Positions 1 to 9,316 are shown, numbered from the stretch's first letter. The stretch is 24,000 nucleotides of DNA from Deltaproteobacteria bacterium (GCA_029777945.1 JAKORG010000039.1:1814-25813); one strand, 5' to 3'. Program-made: numbers and translations. Notes: generated by a model from the letters alone, not told the origin.

Positions 1-620
1 TCTTCTATAGCTATCTCAAAATCATTGGACATACCCATGGATAATTCTTTCATGTTCAAACCGAACTCCCTATTTAACTCATCCCTTAATTCCCTTAATC
101 TTCCAAACACCCATCTTATCTCTTCTGGATTTTCAACATAAGGTGCCATGGTCATAAGACCAATGGGCTCTATGTTTTTAAGGGTATCTATCCTTTCGAG
201 GATTTTTCTTATATCATCAGGTTTTGCACCTTGCTTTGTCTTTTCTTCTGCAATGTTTAACTCAAACAAAATCTTCATCCTTTTCTCAAAGTTATCTAAT
301 ATCTCCAAAACCTCCCACCTATCGACTGAATGGATGTAATCAAATAGTCTCGGTAAATACTTTATCTTATTGCTCTGTATGTGACCTATCATATGCCATG
401 TTGCCTTTTTTTCAAAGGACTCTATCTTTTTTCTTGCCTCCTGCACATAATTTTCTCCAAAGTCTTTTATGCCTAAATCATATGCGATTTTAATGCTGTC
501 TAAATCCACTTTTTTTGTAACGCCTATTAAAAGCACATCCTTTTCACATCTGCCAGACTTGGCCGCTGCCTTTGATATCTTTTCTCTTATAATTTGAATA
601 GATTTTTCGATGTCCTTCAC
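1..620 (-). CDS. yggS: YggS/PLPBP-family pyridoxal-phosphate-binding protein (C-terminus runs off the left window edge)
   Basis: Not in the ORF track because there is no stop in the window. My own minus-strand translation from GTG at 620..618 stays open to position 1: VKDIEKSIQIIREKISKAAAKSGRCEKDVLLIGVTKKVD...DFGENYVQEA...WHMIGHIQSNKIKYL...IGLMTMAPYVENPEEIRWVFGRLRELRDEL...LSMGMSNDFEIAIEE. GENYVQE, WHxIGxxQSNK and LSMGMSxD are YggS hallmarks. The GTG overlaps the maf stop (GTGA). Confidence 0.8.
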   Translation of the reverse strand, partial: MKDIEKSIQIIREKISKAAAKSGRCEKDVLLIGVTKKVDLDSIKIAYDLGIKDFGENYVQEARKKIESFEKKATWHMIGHIQSNKIKYLPRLFDYIHSVDRWEVLEILDNFEKRMKILFELNIAEEKTKQGAKPDDIRKILERIDTLKNIEPIGLMTMAPYVENPEEIRWVFGRLRELRDELNREFGLNMKELSMGMSNDFEIAIE

Positions 621-1207
621 GAAAGCACGCCCAGAGATAAAAGAGCTTCTGCCAGTTCACATATTGGCAGGCCTACAACATTAGAATAAGAACCTTTAAT
701 CTCTTTTACCATATATCCACCCCTACCCTGAACTGCATAAGAGCCTGCTTTGCCAAGGGGTTCAGAGGTATTTATATATTTAATGATTTCTCTATCATCC
801 ATTTCTCTCAAATACACCTTTGTTTCCACCACATCTCTGTATACTATGTCCTTTGATATATTTAATATACAAAAGCCTGTGATAACCTTATGCCATTTCC
901 CGCTTAATCTTTTTAACATTTTAAAGGCATCCATCTCGTCTTTAGGCTTGCCCATGATTCTGTTTTTATAAACAATCACCGTATCAGCTGCGACAACCCA
1001 CTTATCTGGAAAGTGCACACCCACACTCTGCGCCTTTTCAAAGGATACCCTGGATACATAATTTTTTGGCGACTCATCCTTCTTTTGAGTCTCATTAATC
1101 TTGGGTGGGATTATGGAAAAAGAGATGCCGAGGGTCCTTAAAATATCCACCCTTCTTGTAGATTCACTTGCCAGTATTATGGAATCGCCTTCTTTAACCT
1201 GAAACAT
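617..1207 (-). CDS. maf: Maf-like nucleoside triphosphate pyrophosphatase / septum formation protein
   Basis: 196-aa ORF. ILASESTRRVDILRTLGISF...VVAADTVIVYKNRIMGKPKD...GKAGSYAVQGRGG matches the Maf family pattern. AAGGAG lies upstream of the ATG. Confidence 0.85.
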   Translation of the reverse strand: MFQVKEGDSIILASESTRRVDILRTLGISFSIIPPKINETQKKDESPKNYVSRVSFEKAQSVGVHFPDKWVVAADTVIVYKNRIMGKPKDEMDAFKMLKRLSGKWHKVITGFCILNISKDIVYRDVVETKVYLREMDDREIIKYINTSEPLGKAGSYAVQGRGGYMVKEIKGSYSNVVGLPICELAEALLSLGVLS

Positions 1208-1318
1208 AACTTACTCCTTTTTAGATTAGAAAAAATACATAAAATTCTTTTTAATTTCAAGGCAAATGTAAAAAATGAAAAAGAAAATTAGATTATAGTG
1301 CAGAGGTTGTGATAAGCT

Positions 1319-2233
1319 TTAATTCCCTTCAAGCATGGCCCGTGAAAAATAACCTGCCGTAAAAGGAATAAGGTCGTCAAATTTTTCCCCAACACCAATG
1401 TATCTTATGGGGAGTTTTAATATATGGGCAATGGGCAATATAAACCCCCCTTTTGCAGTGCCATCAAGTTTTGTAATAACAATCCCCGTAACACCTAAAG
1501 CATCGTTGAATGTCTTTGCCTGGACTATGGCGTTCTGTCCATTTGTAGCATCGACAACAAGAAGTGTCTCATGGGGTGCATTGTGTATTTCTTTGCTTAT
1601 CACCCTTTTTATCTTTTTCATCTCTTCCATGAGGTTTGTCTTTGTATGAAGCCTCCCTGCTGTATCGAGTATAACCACATCAATACCTCTTGCCACAGAA
1701 GCCTTTATGGCATCATAAGCAACAGCAGCAGGGTCAGAACCTTCTTTATGTTTAATTATATCTATATTCAATCTCTTTGCCCATACCTCGAGTTGTTCAA
1801 TAGCAGCGGCCCTGAATGTATCGCATGCACCGAGAAGCACAGTCTTTCCTGAATCGAGAAAAATCTTGGCCATTTTTGCAATGGTCGTTGTTTTCCCAAC
1901 GCCATTTACACCAAGGGTCAGTATAACAAAAGGTTTGATACTGTTCACATCAAGGGGCACTTCAACGGGTTTTAATATCTTTTCCAGCTCCTCTGCCATG
2001 CATGTCTTTATATCTTCTGTAGTTTTAATATGCCCCCTTTTCCATCTCTCCTTGAGTCTTTCCATAAGCAACTGGGAGGTTTCAATACCTGTATCTGCTA
2101 AAATCAGGGCCTCTTCTAATTCTTCAAAGGCATCTTCGTCTATGGGCTTTCCCTGAAAAATCCATTCAATACGGGTAAGGATTTGTTCTCTTGTCTTTGT
2201 CAATCCGTTTTTTATCTTATCCAGTAGTCCCAT
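1319..2233 (-). CDS. ftsY: Signal recognition particle receptor FtsY
   Basis: 304 aa. SRP GTPase motifs are present: GVNGVGKTTTIAKMA (G1), DTAGRLH (G3), TKLDGTAKGG (G4) and an N-terminal helical NG bundle. Confidence 0.95.
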   Translation of the reverse strand: MGLLDKIKNGLTKTREQILTRIEWIFQGKPIDEDAFEELEEALILADTGIETSQLLMERLKERWKRGHIKTTEDIKTCMAEELEKILKPVEVPLDVNSIKPFVILTLGVNGVGKTTTIAKMAKIFLDSGKTVLLGACDTFRAAAIEQLEVWAKRLNIDIIKHKEGSDPAAVAYDAIKASVARGIDVVILDTAGRLHTKTNLMEEMKKIKRVISKEIHNAPHETLLVVDATNGQNAIVQAKTFNDALGVTGIVITKLDGTAKGGFILPIAHILKLPIRYIGVGEKFDDLIPFTAGYFSRAMLEGN

Positions 2234-2348
2234 CTTTTTTAAGCCTCTTTTTCTATCAGTATTTGTCCTTTTCTATTTTTATAATCATCCTTTAAAATAT
2301 CTTTATTTTACCATTTCTAAACCTATACCTTAAATGTAAGATATCAAT

Positions 2349-2591
2349 CTATTCTTCCGGTATATAAGGTTTTCCACATAATTTACATACACCATTTTCA
2401 ACAACTCCGATGCATGTTCCGTCACTACATAAGATTCTGTTTGAAAGATCGAATGATTCTTCTTCATCTTCTATTTTTTTATTTAAGGCTGCACCGCATA
2501 GATAACAGTAATCACCAAGGGGAAGTATTTCTCCATTACATGTGTTGCACTTTATTGTCTCTATCTCACCGGCACACTTTTCACAAATCAT
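2349..2591 (-). CDS. Small cysteine-rich zinc-ribbon protein, function unknown
   Basis: 80 aa with four CxxC pairs (CEKC, CNTC, CYLC, CKLC) plus two further Cys. It starts 4 nt after the upstream lipoprotein gene stop, so it is probably co-transcribed. Confidence 0.5.
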   Translation of the reverse strand: MICEKCAGEIETIKCNTCNGEILPLGDYCYLCGAALNKKIEDEEESFDLSNRILCSDGTCIGVVENGVCKLCGKPYIPEE

Positions 2592-2594
2592 GTT

Positions 2595-2909
2595 TCACCT
2601 CACCTTATAAACCCTTATTACCTTACCTTTTTCAAACTCTATATAAACGGCGTCTTTATTATATGGAATAATCCTCCATGAGGGTTGATATGTCCAGAGG
2701 ATATTGTTTTCAGTAGTCCTACTTATTGCAGTGGGTTCACCTAATTTTTCCCTTACCTGTTTCTCATCCATGGATAATAAAATCTGCTCTAACTGAATCT
2801 TTTCTGCCTTTGTTGATTTTTTAGATGCGCTGCATCCATATAAACTGAACATTGTCAATAACACAATGCATGTGGTTAAAAAAAATAATGTTTTTTGAGT
2901 TTTCCACAA
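2595..2909 (-). CDS. Small lipoprotein with BamE/SmpA-OmlA-like C-terminal domain (start uncertain; maximal ORF extends to 3095)
   Basis: WKTQKTLFFLTTCIVLLTMFSLYG-C forms a lipoprotein signal peptide with a lipobox. The C-terminus EKQVREKLGEPTAI...ILWTYQ...VYIEFEKGKVIRVYKV resembles SmpA/OmlA. The 62 codons upstream in the track ORF read like AT-rich non-coding sequence, so I place the start at TTG 2909..2907. No SD is visible. Confidence 0.45.
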   Translation of the reverse strand: MWKTQKTLFFLTTCIVLLTMFSLYGCSASKKSTKAEKIQLEQILLSMDEKQVREKLGEPTAISRTTENNILWTYQPSWRIIPYNKDAVYIEFEKGKVIRVYKVR

Positions 2910-2924
2910 TTTTTGTGGAAAACT
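2898..2924. repeat. 27-bp perfect palindrome AGTTTTCCACAA-TTT-TTGTGGAAAACT
   Basis: Read directly from the sequence: 12-bp arms at 2898-2909 and 2913-2924. A competing 10-bp complement exists between 2906-2915 and 2929-2938. Confidence 0.85.
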
Positions 2925-3091
2925 TGTGCAAAAATTGTAAAAAAAATTATCTAACTTATTGAAAATATAGTATAAATTTATATTTTGTTTTAAGGATTGG
3001 CAAAAAATTTTTTCAATATTTTTAAGTATTTTACTATTCATAAGCCCGCATCTTCCCTGAATTTTAATATTAATATACAATACCTTGATTC

Positions 3092-4069
3092 TCAATGGGT
3101 TATAACATTATATTTTTTAGATGCCTTCTTTAATCTCTCCATAATTGCCCTTCCTAAACCCTTTTCAGGCACCCTTTCTGCATAGATAATCTCCACATCC
3201 CTCTGGTCTAACTCGATCAAATGGGAAAAGAAATTCGATGCCGCCTCTTTTAAATCTCCCTTTTCAGAAAGCACCCTTACATATTTTGAAAGGACAGGTT
3301 TCAGTGGCGTTTTAAAGGCAAGAAAGGCAGAATTTTTTTTATCTATCTCTTCCGGTGAATTGACTATCTTCAAAGGCTTTTCAGGCGAATAATGATAAGG
3401 CATCATACCTGGAGATTCATATGTGCCTGTGATTTCTTTTTTGTCTTTTACCTCCCCCACCACCTCCTGAATCTCTTCAAGGCTTATTGCTCCATGCCTG
3501 TTTATAAACACATGTTCCTTTTGAAATGAAATAATAGTCGATTCAATGCCGTAAACACTATCTCCTCCATCAAGGATTAATTTTATCTTATTTTTTAACA
3601 TATTGGCAACGTGTATGGCCTTTGTGGGACTTACATATCCAAAGGGATTGGCACTGGGTGCGGCAATAGGTCTTCTAAGTTCTTTGATTAAATTCTTTGC
3701 CACAGGATGAGACGGCATCCTTATACCAACTGTGGGAAGCCCTGATGTTACTATATCAGGTATAATATTACTTTTTTTTAAAATAAGCGTCATAGGGCCA
3801 GGCCAGAACTTTTCTATCAGTTTTTTCGCCTTATCCGGGATTTCAACAGCGATTTTATCAAGCCATTCTTTTGTATCTATATGCACTATAAGCGGGTCAA
3901 ATCTGGGCCGCCCCTTTGTCTCGAATATCTTTGCCACTGCATAAGGATTAAACGCATCTGCCCCAAGCCCGTATACGGTTTCTGTAGGAAATGCTACAAG
4001 CTCACCGCTTTTCAGCAAATATACTGCCCTTTGAACAGAAGAAGTTTCAAATCCATTAAGTATTTCCAT
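3092..4069 (-). CDS. tsaC: L-threonylcarbamoyladenylate synthase, long Sua5/YwlC type (t6A biosynthesis)
   Basis: 325 aa. The YrdC-domain pattern is present (LKSGELVAFPTETVYGLGADA, KGRPRFDPLIVHI, SANPFG), followed by a Sua5-type C-terminal extension. Confidence 0.9.
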   Translation of the reverse strand: MEILNGFETSSVQRAVYLLKSGELVAFPTETVYGLGADAFNPYAVAKIFETKGRPRFDPLIVHIDTKEWLDKIAVEIPDKAKKLIEKFWPGPMTLILKKSNIIPDIVTSGLPTVGIRMPSHPVAKNLIKELRRPIAAPSANPFGYVSPTKAIHVANMLKNKIKLILDGGDSVYGIESTIISFQKEHVFINRHGAISLEEIQEVVGEVKDKKEITGTYESPGMMPYHYSPEKPLKIVNSPEEIDKKNSAFLAFKTPLKPVLSKYVRVLSEKGDLKEAASNFFSHLIELDQRDVEIIYAERVPEKGLGRAIMERLKKASKKYNVITH

Positions 4070-4108
4070 GTTATTGTGGCAATAGAAAAAAATAAGGGGA
4101 ACAAAAAA

Positions 4109-4309
4109 TTATTTTGGTTCTAAGGGTTTATTATTTTCCTCTTCCTTTTTAGGGGTAACATCTATTTCTTCTGGTTCTTTTAGGCTTTTTTTGAAATTTT
4201 TAATACCTTTACCGAGGGCACCCCCTACATCTGCAAGCTTTCCTGCACCGAAGATGAGTAACACAATAACCATTATAACTATAAGTTCTGGCATTCCAAG
4301 TCCAAACAT
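4109..4309 (-). CDS. tatA: Twin-arginine translocase subunit TatA/E
   Basis: 66 aa. [25 protein letters not shown] is followed by an amphipathic helix and an acidic tail. AAGGAGAAG SD lies upstream. Confidence 0.9.
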   Translation of the reverse strand: MFGLGMPELIVIMVIVLLIFGAGKLADVGGALGKGIKNFKKSLKEPEEIDVTPKKEEENNKPLEPK

Positions 4310-4362
4310 ATTTTCTTCTCCTTATAAAAAATTAACATCTTTCTTTAATATAAGTCAATAAT

Positions 4363-5730
4363 TTAATGAAAAACATTTATTTTTAACATAGCCATTGCAT
4401 ATTCAATGGCCTCCTGTCTTGTCTTTATCTCGCCCGATATCTGTCTCTCTCTAATGTCAGCAAGAATTCTTCCGATTTCTGGGCCTTCCTTATAGCCAAG
4501 CCCTATTATATCATGACCTGTAATCAATCTCGGCAGTGGCTTTTCTTGAAATTTTTTATACATTGACAATACATCTTCACAGACACCTAATACCCTTTCT
4601 GTGGATTCGTTATCTTTCCCCTGGGAACTTCCATACATATCACAAATTGTCAACAATACGAGTAAAGGGGTAAGGTCTCCCATTTTAAATATCACCCGTC
4701 TTATAGCCCTTTCTGTAGTCTCCCCAGTGCTTATCAGAAATATCCTCATATGATTATAGATTAGGTTTTTTATATGTCTCATCTCATTCACACTGAACCT
4801 CATCCTTTCCATAATGGATGATGCCATATCTTCTGAAACCTTTTCGTGATAATAAAAGTGGATAACATTTTTTTCCCAATCCTTTGTGAATGTCTGTGGT
4901 TTACCTAAGTCATGAAAAAGAAGGGCATATCCTGTAATTTTTATGGACTGTTTATCCATATGATATTTATTTCCATAGGTGTATAAATATTTAAATGCAT
5001 GAACAGTATGTCCAAACACCTCAGGTTTTAGATTTTTCTCATCATCGAATCTTTTTAATACAAATAATTCGGGAAAGATTTCAAAGATCAAACCTGTTGC
5101 ATCCAGAATTTTTAAAGATGAAAATGCATTCTTTGAACATATAATCTGGTCCAACTCATATTTAATCCTTTCAGGCGCTACATGCCCTATAAGGCCTTTA
5201 AGCTCAGAGATATCCCTGTAGAGACTGTCGTGGATCACAAAACTGTCAAGGGTTGAAAAGTGCCTTATGGCCTTTAACATCCTCAATGGGTCTTTTATAA
5301 GATTCTTTTTTTTAATATGGACAATTACCTTATCTTTTAAATCCTTCAACCCTTTTAGAGGATCGAGGATTTCCCCTCTTTTTATATCGTATGCAATGGC
5401 ATTTATTGTAAAATCGCGCCTTAAAAGATCATCGACTATATCCTTTTCTATTTTTGTCAAATCAATATTTTTATCATCTTTTGCGATTCTGAATGTGTGT
5501 ATAGGTTTTTTTCCCAAGATAAAGGCCCTGCTATTTAATAACTCTTCGAATACTTTTATGTCTTCTTCATTGGTAATGGCAAAATCAAAATCATTGGGTA
5601 TGGAAGATAGAAATAACTCCCTGATGGAGCCTCCTACAAGATATAAATCCCCTCTAATCTGCTTTTTTGTTAGCCCTTTTATAATATCAAGGGAGCTGAT
5701 CTTTTCTTTAAGGTAATCTTCTACATCCAT
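4363..5730 (-). CDS. cca: CCA-adding tRNA nucleotidyltransferase / poly(A) polymerase family protein with HD domain
   Basis: 455 aa. Class II nucleotidyltransferase motifs are present: LVGGSIRELFL..NDFDF, RRDFTINA, DPLRMLKAIRH. A C-terminal HD motif follows (LLFHDLGKP). Confidence 0.75.
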   Translation of the reverse strand: MDVEDYLKEKISSLDIIKGLTKKQIRGDLYLVGGSIRELFLSSIPNDFDFAITNEEDIKVFEELLNSRAFILGKKPIHTFRIAKDDKNIDLTKIEKDIVDDLLRRDFTINAIAYDIKRGEILDPLKGLKDLKDKVIVHIKKKNLIKDPLRMLKAIRHFSTLDSFVIHDSLYRDISELKGLIGHVAPERIKYELDQIICSKNAFSSLKILDATGLIFEIFPELFVLKRFDDEKNLKPEVFGHTVHAFKYLYTYGNKYHMDKQSIKITGYALLFHDLGKPQTFTKDWEKNVIHFYYHEKVSEDMASSIMERMRFSVNEMRHIKNLIYNHMRIFLISTGETTERAIRRVIFKMGDLTPLLVLLTICDMYGSSQGKDNESTERVLGVCEDVLSMYKKFQEKPLPRLITGHDIIGLGYKEGPEIGRILADIRERQISGEIKTRQEAIEYAMAMLKINVFH

Positions 5731-5734
5731 AAAA

Positions 5735-7141
5735 TCATCTAAATCTTTTAAACTTCAGTCCGTCTATACCTTCATAAACAATGTCCATTATCGAGGATGC
5801 CTTTGCTATCCTTCTGGCTGATTTTTTTTTATTAACTTCAAGGCCTTCAATCATCTTTAAAAAAAACCTCATCCTGTCCGTATGTTTTATATATTTAGGT
5901 ATCGTTGTATTGAGCTGTATAAACATCTTGATCAAATCTTCTTCATTGGCACTTTTAAAAACAATGTCTTCCATGTCTAACAGGAGAAAACTACCGTCTT
6001 CCTTTACAAAAATGTTACAGGCCTTAAAATCCTTATGAAAGATACTTTTTTTAAAAAGACATTTTAAAAAAACGCTTAATCTTTCAATAAAGAGTGCCCT
6101 TTTTTTCAGATCCATCTGATTGTATTGCCTATCAAGAAATCTATCGAGCTCTTCACCCCTTCCTTTTAAGTCTTCCATTGCCATAAAACCAGGCTGGATT
6201 ATCCCTGGTAATTTAATGAAAAATACCTGTGGCGTAACTTTCAATGACATATAAGATAAAACAACGTATGCCTCCCATGCCTTCTTTAATCTTCTCTTAT
6301 TTCTGTAAGATTTTCTTATATGGTCAGAATACCTACACACCACTGTCTTTTTATCTTGTTTTATAATCTCTTTAAAGACCTCTTGTCTTTGCCACTGGCT
6401 GTCTTTTATGTATAAGATGTCTTTAGCATTTTTTACAATTGATGTGTCTTTGAATGCCCTTTTTTTCTTTTTTTCAATCCATTTTTTCCACATGTCCGTG
6501 AGGGTTGATTCCACTATTTTTCTAATATTTGGGCTACCGTAAGTTAAAAAAAATGTTTCCTTTTCATCCTCAGACATATCTTGATATACCATGGCAAGGC
6601 TGTGGGAGAGGTTGGATACCTTATCTGATAATGAAAAATGTTTTTTTATCTCCATCTTGTGTAAATCAATAAGATAAAGTTTGTTATCCTCTACTATTAT
6701 ATTATTCAGGTGGAGGTCATTATGTCTTATCTTATAAGCCTCCATTTTTTTTAAAAGCATGGCAAGCTGTATTATACGCTCTTTTTTGTTTTCTTGTTCG
6801 TAAAAAGCATCTATAAAGTTTTTTCCATAGAGGCACCTCTGTATTATAAAAGAGCCATCTTTTGAAACGCCGTAACCAAAAGGCTCTGGCGTGTTTATAC
6901 CAAAGGATAATAGCCTTTTTCCCATAAGAAATTCTTTTTTAGCCCTTGGATTTATGGACCTTCTAAAAACACCTGAAAGGCCTTTTTCCCTGAAGAATTT
7001 AAAAAAGTACCTATTGTCATTAACCTGAATAATTCTATAATCTCTTCTATAAGTGGCTTTTAACTCAATGGTATTTAAAAAATCATCGAGTAAGTCCTTT
7101 TCTAAAAACCAGTCTATCCCTTTTATTCTTAAGTGTTTCAT
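5735..7141 (-). CDS. Lipopolysaccharide kinase (Kdo/WaaP/InaA) family protein with two tandem kinase-like domains
   Basis: 468 aa. The first half carries HNDLHLNNIIV..LYLIDLH. The second half carries HKDFKACNIFV..FLLLDMED. The halves align to each other over about 130 aa. ATGA overlap with the upstream glycosyltransferase gene. Confidence 0.6.
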   Translation of the reverse strand: MKHLRIKGIDWFLEKDLLDDFLNTIELKATYRRDYRIIQVNDNRYFFKFFREKGLSGVFRRSINPRAKKEFLMGKRLLSFGINTPEPFGYGVSKDGSFIIQRCLYGKNFIDAFYEQENKKERIIQLAMLLKKMEAYKIRHNDLHLNNIIVEDNKLYLIDLHKMEIKKHFSLSDKVSNLSHSLAMVYQDMSEDEKETFFLTYGSPNIRKIVESTLTDMWKKWIEKKKKRAFKDTSIVKNAKDILYIKDSQWQRQEVFKEIIKQDKKTVVCRYSDHIRKSYRNKRRLKKAWEAYVVLSYMSLKVTPQVFFIKLPGIIQPGFMAMEDLKGRGEELDRFLDRQYNQMDLKKRALFIERLSVFLKCLFKKSIFHKDFKACNIFVKEDGSFLLLDMEDIVFKSANEEDLIKMFIQLNTTIPKYIKHTDRMRFFLKMIEGLEVNKKKSARRIAKASSIMDIVYEGIDGLKFKRFR

Positions 7142-8091
7142 AGGTTATCCAGAATATTAGCTACCATAGGCCCCCACTTTTGAAGGGAATACTTTTCCTG
7201 GACTGTTTTTCTTGCTGTGCTTCCCATTTTTTTTCTCAAAGAGACATCTTTAGTAAGTGTTAAGATTGCCTCCATCCACTCATCGCTATCCTCTCTTATA
7301 AAACCATTTAAGCCATCTTCGATGATTTCTAAAACAGCACCAACGGGATGGGAAATCGTGGGAAGCCCTGCTGCCATATACTGGATTAGTTTAAGTCCGC
7401 ATTTCCCTCTTGACCATATATCGTTCCAAAGAGGCATTACACCTATATCAAAGCTCAATAGCCCTTCTTTTTCTTTTTTCTTATCCCATTTTTCAAAAAT
7501 ATAATCTATTTTTGTTTCAGGTGCATAGTCAGCTATTATCTTATATCTAATATAGGGTATTTTTTCTTTTGCCCTCAAAAAAACATCTTCCATTGTTGAA
7601 AGGTATTTTACTGTAGATTTACTACCAATCCATCCAATAACAACGTGCATATTATCTTTATGCTTTTTTACAGGATACTCTTCTAAATCCACAACAGTGG
7701 GGCAATAAAACACATTTTTTTCTTTATATCTTTTTGCCTCGTTTAATAAAAATCTATTACCGCATAATACAGCATCTACCTTTGTTACCATGTTCTTAAA
7801 TTTTTTCATCCTCGTTGGACTCTCACCTTTTGTACCATACATGACAGCGTCGTCAAAGTCATACACGAGTCTTTTCGAAATACGCCTTATCAATGAGAGC
7901 TTTATCGGTTCAAATAGTAGCCTCTGAATATAAACCACATCTGCATTTTTAATGAAAGGTATCATCTTTATAAATCCTGTCTTAGTAGTGATAAGTTCTA
8001 CGTTAAATCCTTTTTTCTCAAGAAAAGGGAAGTATTGCTGGATCCTATAACCTTGAGGATTTGCATGGGTTAAAAAGACAGCTTTCTTCAA
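7138..8091 (-). CDS. Glycosyltransferase (GT-B fold, GT4/GT9-like), probable LPS core/envelope glycan
   Basis: 317 aa. VYDFDDAVMY, GWIGSKST, and GVMPL..W..GKCGLKLIQYMAAGLP...EDGLNGF (C-terminal nucleotide-sugar-binding pattern). It is a paralog of the adjacent gene. Confidence 0.75.
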   Translation of the reverse strand: MKKAVFLTHANPQGYRIQQYFPFLEKKGFNVELITTKTGFIKMIPFIKNADVVYIQRLLFEPIKLSLIRRISKRLVYDFDDAVMYGTKGESPTRMKKFKNMVTKVDAVLCGNRFLLNEAKRYKEKNVFYCPTVVDLEEYPVKKHKDNMHVVIGWIGSKSTVKYLSTMEDVFLRAKEKIPYIRYKIIADYAPETKIDYIFEKWDKKKEKEGLLSFDIGVMPLWNDIWSRGKCGLKLIQYMAAGLPTISHPVGAVLEIIEDGLNGFIREDSDEWMEAILTLTKDVSLRKKMGSTARKTVQEKYSLQKWGPMVANILDNL

Positions 8092-9072
8092 TTAATCTCC
8101 CTTAAGCCATTTAATAAGTTTTGGGGCACAAACCTGAACAGTATAACCGTCAAATACCTTTTCTCTTCCCCTTTTACCCATACTTGTCCTTAAATTGTAA
8201 TCTTCTATTAAAATAGACAATTTTTCAATCCAATCTTTTTTTGTATCTGCCCAAAACCCATTTACGCCATCCTCTACTACATCCATGTTTATACCCACAG
8301 GCGTGCAAACAGAGGCTACACCTACACCCATATACTGTATGATTTTATAGCCGCACTTGCCCATAGACCATAGGTCATTAAATAAAGGCATAACCCCTAT
8401 ATCGAGCTTTTTTAATTCTTCAATCTCGGTTTCGTATTTCCATTGCACCTTTTTCAATTTTATATGTCTTGTTTCTATAAATGTATCGCAGATTATTGTT
8501 AATAATACATTTTTATAAATTTTACCTATCTCTTCCCATACGTCTTTATAACTTTCCATGTAATGGATGCTACCGTGATCTCCAATCCATCCTATATTTA
8601 TAATTTCATTTTTCCCATATTCCTTTTGACTATATCTTTCACCATCTATTGGTGTAGGCAACACCCTTACATCATTGTGGTATTTCAGCGCCTCTTTTTT
8701 TAAAAAATTATTTCCTGCAATGACCATATCTGTGTATTGAAGCATTCTTTTAAAACTTAATCTTCTTCTTAATGAATAAGGGTCTTTTGAAAGGGAATTC
8801 CTAAACATAACTGCATCGTCAAAATCATAGACAATCCTCTTTTTTTTTCTTTTAAGATAAAAAAGAACAGGTAAGGGCAAACGCTTCCTCTGGACAAAGA
8901 TCATATCGAATGATTTTACATTTTTTATGTATTCAACCCAGTCATTCAATTTTTTAGGAAATTCCCTGATATCGTATTGTATTTTATTGCATTGAAAAAA
9001 GGGCAGGTATTGAATAACCCTGTATCTACTTGCTGCTACGTTAAAACCCTGTATTAAAAAAGATACCTTCAA
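8092..9072 (-). CDS. Glycosyltransferase, tandem paralog of 7138..8091
   Basis: 326 aa. IVYDFDDAVMF, GWIGDHGS, GVMPLFNDLWSMGKCGYKIIQYMGVGV...EDGVNGF. TTG start with an in-frame stop immediately upstream. Its stop abuts the next gene start. Confidence 0.75.
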   Translation of the reverse strand: MKVSFLIQGFNVAASRYRVIQYLPFFQCNKIQYDIREFPKKLNDWVEYIKNVKSFDMIFVQRKRLPLPVLFYLKRKKKRIVYDFDDAVMFRNSLSKDPYSLRRRLSFKRMLQYTDMVIAGNNFLKKEALKYHNDVRVLPTPIDGERYSQKEYGKNEIINIGWIGDHGSIHYMESYKDVWEEIGKIYKNVLLTIICDTFIETRHIKLKKVQWKYETEIEELKKLDIGVMPLFNDLWSMGKCGYKIIQYMGVGVASVCTPVGINMDVVEDGVNGFWADTKKDWIEKLSILIEDYNLRTSMGKRGREKVFDGYTVQVCAPKLIKWLKGD

Positions 9073-9316
9073 AGGATGCCATCACATGAGATATTTATAA
9101 AAAGGATTATAAATAAATCCTTTAAGCCCTGTCAATAGGCAAAAAAATCATAACTATACGAAAAAATATCAATTGCAAAGAATTTTCTGGAAAGAAAATC
9201 TACGAATCTATAGAATATATTAAAAGGTTTTGTTATGTGAAAAATATTCGGAAACATTGCATTGGCAATGATAAATAATTTTATTTAAAAAGTGAACATA
9301 TACAAAAGGAGATATA

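Noticed and set aside
2910-3095. 62-codon N-terminal extension of the lipoprotein ORF (track start 3095)
   Set aside because: The translation (MRIKVLYINIKIQ...NKLDNFFYNF) looks like AT-rich non-coding sequence, and it would bury the lipoprotein signal peptide 60 residues inside the protein. The start remains uncertain (TTG 2909 or ATG 3041).
9101-9123. Hairpin AAAGGATT-ATAAATA-AATCCTTT and the palindrome CATTGC-ATTG-GCAATG (9255-9270) in the GT/rSAM divergent region
   Set aside because: The arms are short (6-8 bp) and AT-rich, within what chance allows in a 244-bp AT-rich spacer. They are noted only because the first reuses the AAGGAT/ATCCTT hexamer. This is not enough to call an operator.
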